Shown here piece after piece: positions 1-9,171 of a DNA stretch of 64,000 nucleotides (within the stretch, counting starts at the first letter, position 1; every line of letters starts with the position of its first letter). The notes under the pieces are model-generated. The model was not told the origin of the DNA and did no database searches. It saw only the letters and a list, made by a program, of their open reading frames with translations. Source of the DNA: Macrostomum lignano (taxonomy: Eukaryota); assembly GCA_002269645.1 (NCBI GenBank), contig NIVC01003749.1, forward strand, positions 1-64,000. Reading direction: 5' to 3'. The position numbers were made by a program, and so were the translations under genes.

Positions 1-600
1 GCGAAAGAGTCCGCGAGCTCGTTGCCCAGGATGTTGCTGTGACCGGGTGTCCAGATAATTCTAATCCTTGAGGCTGGCGCAATGGGTCTTCTAGGTGGTC
101 TTCTTAGCCCTTCGAATGCTACTTTTGTAGGTGCCTAGAGCAGATTGGTAGTCGGATATTCGAGCCGTTCGCTAGGCGTTGCAGCTGGAGGGGCGTTAGG
201 GGGGTTTAGTGCGTATGGCGGTGTTCAGTGACTCAACGAGGGAGTTGCATCGGTGCTCGATGCTAGCGAGGTCCTCGACGGAGTCCGTTAGATGTTAAGC
301 GAAAACGTTAGGAGTTTCAGCAGGTCTCTGCGGAAACCTGTCCAGTCGGCCTTCTTCAGGTTGCATGAGGCGGTTTCGGCCCACCATCTGTCGGAGCTGA
401 TGTTGTACTGAATATACGAGTGGCCGGAAAGCGAGGGGATATCAACCCTAACCGGCCAGATGTGGACTTTGTTAAGGGCGTTATTAGAAACGATAAAGAG
501 TTCAAAAACCTCACTTCGGCTGAAAACTAGCTCGTGTAAAAATAGACTTGCTGCCCCCGTTTAAAGATGCGTAACGAGAAGTGAATCAAATCGATTAGTA
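1..600 (-). mobile_element. Degenerate non-LTR retrotransposon fragment (APE endonuclease C-terminus and RNase H motif)
   Basis: Minus-strand translation gives DIPSLSGHSYIQYNI...NLKKADWTGFRRDL (end of an APE domain) and IIWTPGHSNILGNELADSFA (RNase H WxPGH..GNE.AD motif), with stops between them. Confidence 0.6.
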
Positions 601-2717
601 ATTCATCACGCCTGTTGGTTTCACACTAGACCAGGCAGTGTTATGGGCGTCGCATCTGACGATTAGCTTCCTGTCATGAAGGTTATGATGTAACCACGCT
701 CTGTAACTTTTTCAAAAGTGCCTCCTATCGCCGTGCACCCCCTGCACAGAGCTGTTGAGACTCGGCCAGGTCTTTCACCAGGCCTGGAGACTCCCGCTCT
801 GCTGCACCCCCTGCTGCTTTGGCTCCGTCTCCCCTGCCGCCACACTTACCTTTCCGGAGCTCCCCTCCCTCTCTGTACCTCCCCCTCTACCCTATCTCTT
901 CTGCTTTCCGCCCTATTCTTCGTGTACTTTTCCTGTCTCCCCTCTTTTTGCCCGTTTCCGCACTATTTTCCTGCGCTGTCCCCCTTCTCTGCGTCTACTT
1001 ACAGTATTTTGTGTGTTCACCGTCACCCTATCCCTTCTCAAACTCCCAAACGGTGACGCAAGTCGTGTGACCCCTTCTTCCCCTCGATGACTCATCGATG
1101 ACTCATCCTCTTGCGCAACCTTTTCTCATGCTATTGTTCTCCTCCCCAAATTTCTCATGCGACACCCACCCCACCTCCGATTCTATTGTTCTCGTTTTTT
1201 ATTCTTTTGTTCTCTTTACCCCCACGAATTATCAGATTTTCTCCGATTTTCTCTTTCTATTGTTCTCGTTTTCGCACCTAATTATCACCTTTTCTCCAAT
1301 GTTTGCTTTTCTATTGTTCTCGATTCTCCCCAATTATCCCCGTTTTCCAATTCCTTTGTTCTCGACCCCAGCCCCATTGTTCTCAATGTTTGCTTGCGCA
1401 ACACTTTCTCGACCTCCCGCTGCGCCAATTATCCCCCCGCCTCACCTCCGGATTGCGCAATTCTCCATTTCTCATGTTGCTATGCCGTTCTCATGCTTCT
1501 CATCATGACTCATTCTGACGTCATTCTGCCGGCAGCCAATCAGAGAGAGGGAGTCATGGAAACGACCTTGGAGCGGCGGCTGGGATGGCTATATAAGGAA
1601 GCGATTTTCGGCATGAGAATCCTCAACTCTCGCTTCGGGCCGGTCTCCTCAGACTGTGTTCCTGCTCTTCCTACTGTGGACTTGCTGTCAGACCTTGATC
1701 TGACCTATTCGTCTATAGGACGAACCTCTGCCGGTCCGCGGTCTGATACCGCCAAGTTACCTCTGCTCCCCAAGTAAGCTCGCCTATCGGCCAGCGGTCT
1801 GATACCGCCCAGCATCATCAGCATCGCCTGATCTACATCAGCGCCTCGTCGCTTCAGCGCATCGCCGCTTCACCATCTGCCTGACTGCAGCCTACAGCCG
1901 TCCCCGGTCACTCCATCGCTCTCTCTCTCTCTGTGCAGCTGCCGGTAAGTTCCTGTTACTAATTTCTGCTTAATTGCCTCTGCTTATCCGGGGTTTGCCT
2001 ATTTTCCATTGCTTAATTAGAAAGCTGAGCCAATTGTGATACCGTATCTTTTGCTGTACTTTTACTCAATAGTGAAGCCGCCTAATTGCCTGATTATTTT
2101 CCTAAGGGCCTAATTATTAACTATTAACTAACCTCATCATTATTCACTCTTTCACCATCATTTCACTCATGGCTTGCTAAGCCTTTCTCCCGGGGTGGCG
2201 AAGCATAAGGAAGTTTGGGTAAGCTAATGGCCTCTTCCCGTGCAAAGCCCACCTGTGAGTGCGTGCTGCGGGGCCGTGTGTGCGTGCAGTAGAGTGATTA
2301 GCGAGTCTTGGCACAGAATGGCAGTAGGAAGGTTGCAACCCCATGCTAACACGTCCCTTCGCCCTGAGAAATCTAAACTATAGACAGTACATGTTCGCCT
2401 CATACTACTCTTAGTAATCAAAGTCGCAAGTCAGCCTCGCTCACAGCCACAAAGGATCCCCTGCTGAGAAATCCTCCAGATTGAGCCCAGAGTTCCCGAT
2501 CATGCCCCAAGCAGAGTCCCTGTACTCGGCTGCATGTGTCTCCCCTGTTAGCCTAAATCCCCTGGTAACCAATCCAGGCGGGGCTCTAGCCTCGAGAGGT
2601 CTGGTAGTAAGATCCAGGTGCGCCAGCTCACATAGAGTGGTGGCAGCCACTCGGTCATACTATGACCGAGTGACCAACTATTGCACCTTGGCTACAGGTG
2701 GGGCCATGTGGGTCCTT

Positions 2718-3245
2718 ACTACGTAATGTGCAGAAACTGCCGGGTTTTGGAGGTGAGGTGGGTGTCAGAGCCAATGCAAATTCAACGCCTATCTAAATAC
2801 ATTAGACCTCTTCTAATTGGTCCAGACCCTGTAAGTCATTATGAGACATTTATGCATGTAACTCTCATGTAAATCTAATTATACATGTAATCAGTGTACA
2901 TTCCTAATTGTGTCGTACAGAAGCGACGACCAGTACTATATAGTACGCATAATTAGCGCTTCACCGTAGCAGTTGTACGCAGAAGCGCTCGCGCGCCCAG
3001 CCCCGCACAATGCAGCATTGGTGTACGCAGAATTAACTGTACATATTAACTGTCCATATACTCAAAATTGGCAGAATTAACGCGCGCCCACCCACCCCAT
3101 AACTGTTTATATACCAAACTTCGTGTACGCGCAGAATTGTAGCGCCCACTCATCCAAGAAAATATTATGTGACCCCACAAAATTGGCGGCCCCCCCCGCA
3201 CGCGCGTAGGCATGATGAGTCAGCCGCTGTAAATCGCTGCTGTCC
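2718..3245 (+). repeat. Left terminal inverted repeat (about 528 bp)
   Basis: 2718-3025 is the reverse complement of 10707-11014 with 3 mismatches in 308 bp. The match resumes after a variable internal repeat block and ends at ...GTAAATCGCTGCTGTCC (3245 and 10329). Confidence 0.95.
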
Positions 3246-3415
3246 GTACTGTTATATCCACTCCTTTCATACTTCACCCCTCTAGAATTCTGTCCTCCGT
3301 AGCCACTCCGGGGCAATTACGTCATCCCCAATCCCTCTCCCAGAGTCAAATAAGTTTTCAAAAGGCGTATATATATTAACACAAAAAGCCGGCCGAGCTT
3401 TGATACGTATACGAT

Positions 3416-3919
3416 TTATTTAGCATACACAATTGGGTGATAACCCAAAACGTTTGAATAATAGCGAGCAGGAGCATTTTGCAAACAGTTTACAATCAAG
3501 TATGAGTAGGGGTCGCGAGTAGCATATCCTCATACGTTTTGACTAAACTTTTTGGATTAGTGGGGACAAGCTGCCTTGCAATATGAGACACTGTGCTGGC
3601 ATCCCGTACATTGCGGAATAAAACAAGGTAGTTCGAATTGAGCGACTGAGTTCGGTGCTCCTTACCCTTTGCAAACAGGTTTTGCACAAGATACCAAAGT
3701 CGGAACCCCACGTGGGAGACTTTGCGCGTGAAAAAAAGTTGTAAAAGCGCCACTCTTTTTTATGGCATGCATTTGGTCGTCGACGACAAGTAGAATATTT
3801 GGTTCAGGGACATTTTGTTCAGGGTCAAATGTACACGAACGAAAATTTACAGGGTACGGCAATTCAAACAGTTCAGGATCCGGATAGTGGCCAAACCAGT
3901 CTACGCGAATCGGCGTAGA
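3416..3919 (-). pseudogene. A32/FtsK-like packaging ATPase; Walker A absent; two frameshifts
   Basis: Joined frames read TPIRVDWF...NILLVVDDQM (Walker B)...FFTRKVSH...WYLVQNLFAKGKEHRTQSLNSNYLVLFRNVRD...IARQL...YEDATRDPYSYLIV...HPIVYAK*. Frameshifts at the 7-T run near 3735 and an AT duplication near 3530. AATAAA overlaps the stop. Confidence 0.88.
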
Positions 3920-4262
3920 CTAAAAAAAATGGTTTTTCAGCCACAAATATTACATGAGCCCCGCAGGTCACACTTAGCGGATGCTGTACAGGATGCCGGT
4001 TCATGGCCACCTCCACAGGGACATACTTTGCGATCCACAACTTTAATAAATCTGGCACAGGATCGATACACAAGGGGTCAAAAAATGTCACGCTCTCATC
4101 GGCATGAAGACAAATCAAAGCCCAGTGAGTGCCTGGTAGATTGCCAGTGTCAAAGTTAATCACGTATGCAGCAGGATAAACAGGCTGCGGAATCCTGTCA
4201 ACTGGTGTTACTCGAACAGGGACAGGTAGTATTAGACGTTCTAATATATCTAGACTATTCAT
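3873..4262 (-). CDS. Adenain-like (Polinton PRO) cysteine protease, C-terminus probably truncated
   Basis: Catalytic motifs in the expected order: YVINFD...GTHW (His), FFDPL (Asp), PVQHP (Gln), TCGAH (Cys). Confidence 0.9.
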   Translation of the reverse strand: MNSLDILERLILPVPVRVTPVDRIPQPVYPAAYVINFDTGNLPGTHWALICLHADESVTFFDPLCIDPVPDLLKLWIAKYVPVEVAMNRHPVQHPLSVTCGAHVIFVAEKPFFLVYADSRRLVWPLSGS

Positions 4263-4309
4263 ATCGGCATGAATATGGCCGTTATTCGGGAATAAAAAGA
4301 TGTTTGTTT

Positions 4310-5592
4310 CTACACGTAGTCTAGAATAACCTAACGACCGCGAGTGATTTGCACAGTATTGTCAAAGTAGCCAAACACCAACACGTTGATTCCTGCAGCT
4401 AAAGCAGCAGAAAACTTTATTTGTAGCGTCAGATTCCCTCGCTCGCGAGGCATGCTATGCCCGCCCAGCTCCATGTCGGGCATGAGATTCCAGGCGAAGA
4501 AGCAGTAGCCAGCTCCATAGTCAGAATATGATACGTCAATATCCAGGTCCCGATTCATCTTTCCTAGGCTTTTTAGCAGCATGGCATACTCGCGAGCATA
4601 GTTATGAACACCGAATCGAGGAGTAAACGGTTGTCCACACAGACTGACTCCGTCCTTATACAGAGCGACACTGTCTGCCCAAACGGTTCAAAATTAAACG
4701 GGTTATGTGTAGCCACACCGTTGTATGCGCCGCTGTTCACCATGCCAACAACCACTAGTTTAGGCTTTTGTTCAGGAAATATATTATTGATTGACATGTC
4801 CCGAACACCGCCAGCCACTGAAGTATTGTGCACAACAAGTCGCTCAATCGGATAGATTGCATTCTGTTTGCCTAGTTGTTCTTCAATCTCCAATGCCAAT
4901 TGGGGGTTTGCCTTGACGCGGCGCACATGTAGTTTGGCACTCTCGAGTACCAGCCGCGCATCAACCCCGTCTGCGTGGTTTTCCAGAACGAAGCCGGAAT
5001 TGTGCATGGTCAGCGTAATTACCATATCAGTGTATGGCAGTAGCATTCGGTCGTTGGTAACAAAAAAGTCTAAACTCAGAGGTCCATAAAGGTGAAAGGT
5101 GCGTGAGTTTGCCGCCATCGCCTTGCGAGCTACAAAGCCAGGATTTCCAACCACAGCCATTTGACCTCCAGCGTCCTTTGCGTAGCCCATCATTCTCAGT
5201 TGATTGGTTTTTGAATCGTGTCCGTAATTCAAACACGTGCGAATATAGGCCTTGTAAGCGTGGTTGTTATTGCTCGACTCTACGTGTGTCCCGTTGATTG
5301 TCAACGTGACGTTTTTAAACATGCTTTCAAGGACGTAATTGACCGGCGCAACATTCGAATCAGCAGCAAGATTTGTGCCATTAGACTGCTTAACGCGGGC
5401 CTTTATCTCGAGGTCAATGTCGTTAAGATCGATAAACGTCTCACGACCGACAATCCTAAATTCGACCACGCTGGCATTTTCAACACTGGACACAGGGTGA
5501 ACTTCTTCAGTGGTAGCGCTAATTGCAGCAATTTGGTGTGCGCGAGGAGCAAATAGCTCGAATTCCGACTTTGTACACAGGCACTCAGTCAT
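4310..5592 (-). pseudogene. Major capsid protein (Polinton PY, double jelly-roll), about 425 codons, one frameshift and one premature stop
   Basis: N-terminus KSEFELF...VEFRIVGRETFIDL, middle LYGPLSLDFF and PKLVVVGMV...YNG...NPFNF. A frameshift near 4670 restores VALYKDG...PFTPRF...YAREYAMLLKSLG...GYCFFAWNL...GNLTLQIKF. A TAG at 4331-4333 interrupts the ending R*VILDYV*. Confidence 0.93.
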
Positions 5593-5635
5593 TTTTCTTT
5601 CAACAGCGGCTTAGTGTGATGCTCTAATAGACAGA

Positions 5636-6004
5636 TCAGTTATTGGCACGGGTTTTTTTATTTATAGAGTCGAAAATATCAGAATGCTGCAGTCTTTTTC
5701 TCGTTTTTTTGTTAGTCATCTTTCTTCGTCTTTGTCTGCCGCTACCTCGTTGTGCGACTGTGTCCTTGAAAGCATCTTTAGCTGCCTGGACAGAGTTACG
5801 CAATGTCGCTTCTTTCAAGTTCCCGCCTTGATCGAGTGTGTCGCTAACTGTTGTAGCTAGGGCTCGTGTTCCGTGGCGAAGAATATTTTTGCCAAAACTC
5901 TTTAAAATTGGCAGGGCAAATCGGGCAATGCTGCCAAACAGGCCGTTGCCGCGCTGTGCACCGGAAAATACCGGTAAAGCTCCTCCGATCAAGATTGAAG
6001 GCAT
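5636..6004 (-). CDS. Small basic virion/core protein with amphipathic helix and adenain-type site
   Basis: 122 aa: LIGG|A site, QRGNGLFGSIARFALPILKSFGK amphipathic segment, second QRGSG and an R/K-rich C-terminus. Position between the capsid genes is typical of Polinton-type elements. Confidence 0.75.
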   Translation of the reverse strand: MPSILIGGALPVFSGAQRGNGLFGSIARFALPILKSFGKNILRHGTRALATTVSDTLDQGGNLKEATLRNSVQAAKDAFKDTVAQRGSGRQRRRKMTNKKTRKRLQHSDIFDSINKKTRANN

Positions 6005-6048
6005 ATTGTCGATCAGTTGCTACCTTTTTTTCGTGAAAACTTCTTTAT

Positions 6049-6390
6049 TTATAGCTTAATTTCACGAATGTTGATCGATAAAACAGTTTTGCCTCGAAGA
6101 ATCCGATCCATTAACTTGCCCATATCGTCACAGATTTGCACCTCAATGGTTTTGAATGGGTGTTTCACCAACGGTAAGTAGGATGGATTGACAAACTCGT
6201 AGTACTCTCGTTCGCCGTATACCTTTTCATTCAAAGGAATTGCCCCAAGCAGGGGGACTTTGACGTCTCCAACAATGGCAGAGTCGACAATATTTGAATA
6301 GATGTACATAGTTTGTACACCATTTGTTAAATCGATTGGTCGTTTAGCGGTCTTTGGAGTTTCATTGAAAAATCTTTGCGAAAGAAGTAG
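6049..6390 (-). pseudogene. Minor capsid (penton-like, Polinton PX) C-terminal half only
   Basis: MYIYSNIVDSAIVGDVKVPLLGAIP...YYEFVNPSYLPL...IEVQICDDMGK...GKTVLSINIR matches the Polinton minor capsid C-terminus. The N-terminal half is missing. Confidence 0.85.
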
Positions 6391-7280
6391 AATTGACCCT
6401 CGATTTGTTCTCCAGATAGGTCGGAAATCCGATAAAAATGAGGTGGTCCCGGGCATACTTGAGACACAACGTAAACTTCTTCGCTGTACATATCGTATGC
6501 TTCCTTGTCAAAGGCTCGACGAGATTTTGAAATTCTGACGAAGTCCCCTTCTTAGTAAACTGGTTCATCATATTCAGGATCCTTGTAGAGCTTTTCCCAC
6601 AATTCTTTTTGGTTGTGCAGACCGACACTCGAAGGTTTCATTTCAATAGTAGAGTTTACTGTGTTGTTGTAACTTTTAACCAATATTGGTAAATAGTCGA
6701 TCCAGCGCCACGTGTTTTTATGCTCAAAGTAGCGAGCTAAACGTTTTCGGAAAGTTCTAATTAACCTTTCAGCCATATTTGCCTTGTATACAGAGTTTGT
6801 ACTGTACATTTTGATATTATGGGCTTTCAGTAAGTTCTGCATGCGATTGTTATAAAACTCGGTACCTCGATCAACGTGTAGATATAAAGGCTCAATAGGG
6901 AAGTCTTTGATCATACTTTCAAAAGCCTTTGGAGTGTCGCTTTTCAATTTTATTGGCTGGCAAAAAGCCAATTTACTAAGCACGTCAATTGCAACTAGAA
7001 TATATCGATGACCATCATTCCATTGTTCGTATCGTGACATGTCCATCAAATCCGCTTGCACAGTTTCCATGAAGCCTCCTGACATTACTTTTCCGGTTCG
7101 GAAATTTCTTTTGACCCTCTTGTGCCGGGTGTAGCTCGCTTGAGCTTTCAGCCATTCGTCGGTTTGGCGTCTCGTCAGGGAGGGGACCAGCCGTTTGGCC
7201 TCCTGATATACACGGGCAGCATTTGTAAAAGCGGCGTCCCCCTGTTCGTACACTCTCCGAAGAGCGGTTTTCACCCTCAT
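6388..7280 (-). pseudogene. Polinton-type rve (DDE) integrase with premature stop; chromodomain missing
   Basis: QADLMDM (D), LHVDRGTEF (D), KANMAERLIRT (E). After the TAA at 6552-6554 the frame continues EGDFVRISKSRRAFDK...SEEVYVV...YRISDLSGEQIEGQFY, the usual post-catalytic domain. Confidence 0.93.
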
Positions 7281-7413
7281 TCGCAACTAGATTCGATGCA
7301 CAGCATGAGTAATTACACTTGAACTCCACAGACGGTTTGTCTGAGCAAAGCTTTGAAGTTACAGCTGCGGCACCCATGATCCAAAAACAGATTATAAATC
7401 ATGAAAATGATTT

Positions 7414-8068
7414 CTATTTATAGTTTTTTAACGTCTCGTATTTTACTGCTGGTTTCTGCCGCCTCTTTGGTTCGCGAAGTTGGTATGAAGCATGCCTGTA
7501 GGCATCGCTGCCACGATCTTCATATTTTTTAATTTCATTCAGGCCACTGGCTTGGTCTTTGTGGAAGTCGTTGTGGAAATCACTAGTTCCAATTGCTTGC
7601 TCGACTAAAAAATCGTCTCGATCCGGATCCGTGCCGACTTCTTTTTTCACACTGATTTCTTCTTGTTGGCGTCGTCCTAGTGGAGCTTTTGCAATATCTG
7701 CCTCTTCAGCCAGGGCCCAAAAAGCGGTACTATATTTCGGGCTTGGGCGGTCGCGCCTTTCATTAGATTTAGTCTCCTTCAGTATATCGAAAATATTGCT
7801 TCCTGGCCAGGTTCTTCCATCAAATACAATTTCCCACGACTTGTTGTACTCCAAATTTGGGTATCTTTCTGTCAGCATGTCCCAAATACGTTGTTGTCGT
7901 TCAGGAAAACGAATATTCTTCTTTTGCTTGATCTGACTTAGTTTATTTTGGAGTTGAGTGTTGTATTTAATGAGTTTTTCATATTCTGTTTTAGATACAA
8001 TTTCTCGGGGTGCGCCTTGACTTAGTCTATTAAATTCTTCTTCTGGTACAACAACGTATTTATCTCAT
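7414..8068 (-). pseudogene. Conserved Polinton accessory protein (GSNI-D motif type), frameshift just after the start codon
   Basis: ATG at 8068 followed by a 1-nt shift, then KYVVVPEEEF...coiled-coil...WEIVFDGRTWPGSNIFDIL. The frame is open from about 8060 to the stop at 7414. Confidence 0.65.
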
Positions 8069-8069
8069 T

Positions 8070-8498
8070 TTAGCGACCGAGTAGTCCGCCAAACAGGCTT
8101 GATATTAGCGGTGCAGCAACAGATGCAAGGATGGGTAGAAAGCCACCGACTTGAGGATTCGAGAGAAGCATATTCTTCTTCCTATTTATAGACAATTTTG
8201 TGTCTGCCAATTCACGCAACGATCTTCTGTATCGCTTTAATCGCAGATACTGTTTCGGAGAAAGATCGATATTTCCCCGGAGCACGTTGTGACTCAATTC
8301 ACAGAGACAATGAATCAGTTCCTTGCCTGCACCTCGAATAATTGCCCGCCGAAGAGCGGGACGGGCTTTGGCGAGCTCTGCGAGCTCGCCGCGACAAGAA
8401 CATAGTCTGGAGATTCCGTTTGTCCTTTTGTTTAGCACAAAGATGTTGGTTGCAGTGCACCGCAATTTATGCACAATATATTTATAGACAACTTTCAT
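8070..8498 (-). CDS. Conserved small Polinton protein ending in QxGGFL plus amphipathic helix; start uncertain (8498, or 8403 with a frameshift)
   Basis: LAKARPALRRAII...LIHCLCELSHNVLRGNIDLS...LRELA...QVGGFLPILASVAAPLISSLFGG, a pattern typical of Maverick/adintovirus small virion proteins. Confidence 0.75.
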   Translation of the reverse strand: MKVVYKYIVHKLRCTATNIFVLNKRTNGISRLCSCRGELAELAKARPALRRAIIRGAGKELIHCLCELSHNVLRGNIDLSPKQYLRLKRYRRSLRELADTKLSINRKKNMLLSNPQVGGFLPILASVAAPLISSLFGGLLGR

Positions 8499-8567
8499 AG
8501 CAGTTTGTACGTACCTACAAATTCAGTACAGTAGTAAAACAGTAAAGTTACGCAACAGCTACATGGA

Positions 8568-9068
8568 TTAGACATGCAAAACGCTAGTCACATGATCGTA
8601 CATTTGACAGAGCTCTTTAAAGTTTCGTATTCCAAGGAAAACAAGGCGGCCATTCTTTCCGCATAATAAACATTTAGCCTTGCGAAATGGAGACTTTATT
8701 ACTATTCCATTGAAAACTTCGCACTCCCACTTCACCCAGCGGGACCCGGAGTATGCAATTTGGAAAAAATTTGGCCATCTGTCTACTTCAGCGCGGTAAG
8801 TACTAGTGGTAACAACAACAGAAATTGGTTTACATTGAGGAAAAAGACGCAAAACTTGGTTGACTGAGCGACAACCGAATACAATTGCAGACAAAGAACG
8901 CTGAAAAAAGTTGATTGTACATCTTCCTATTCGCAAATTGAAAAGATTCGCAAAAATTCGCAAATTCGCTCTTGGTCTGCAAAATGTCCGTGCGCTCGCC
9001 CAGTCCAAGTCAGGCATGCGGCTCCATTTCGCGCAAAACACTCGGTTCACACACTCGACGTTCTGCAA
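8568..9068 (-). CDS. TATA-binding-protein-like (TBP fold, two repeats) protein inside the Polinton-like element
   Basis: Repeat 2 IAYSGSRWVKWECEVFNGIVIK...KCLLCGKNGRLVFLGIRNFKELCQMYDHVTSVL aligns to TBP [22 protein letters not shown]...[32 protein letters not shown]. Repeat 1 NRVFCAKWSRMPDL...VFGCRS aligns to NIVSTVNLGCKLDL...CTGAKS. Starts: TTG at 9068, ATG at 9017, or splicing. Confidence 0.7.
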   Translation of the reverse strand: MQNVECVNRVFCAKWSRMPDLDWASARTFCRPRANLRIFANLFNLRIGRCTINFFQRSLSAIVFGCRSVNQVLRLFPQCKPISVVVTTSTYRAEVDRWPNFFQIAYSGSRWVKWECEVFNGIVIKSPFRKAKCLLCGKNGRLVFLGIRNFKELCQMYDHVTSVLHV

Positions 9069-9171
9069 GTAGATTTTTCGGCAGTTTTTACTTCCTATCC
9101 TTCTTGAGGGCTTTCGACCGCTTCTTTATTGGTTCGTTGGCTGCTACTACTTTCGATTGATGCTGTCGCTT

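Noticed and set aside
718-1518. Overlapping plus-strand ORFs in the pyrimidine-rich tract (likewise 61133-61947)
   Set aside because: Low-complexity CT-rich DNA giving Leu/Ser/Phe/Pro peptides in several frames.
662-2228. 8-bp inverted repeat ATTAGCTT/AAGCTAAT bounding 662-2228 as a transposon
   Set aside because: Too short, and no TSD was found.
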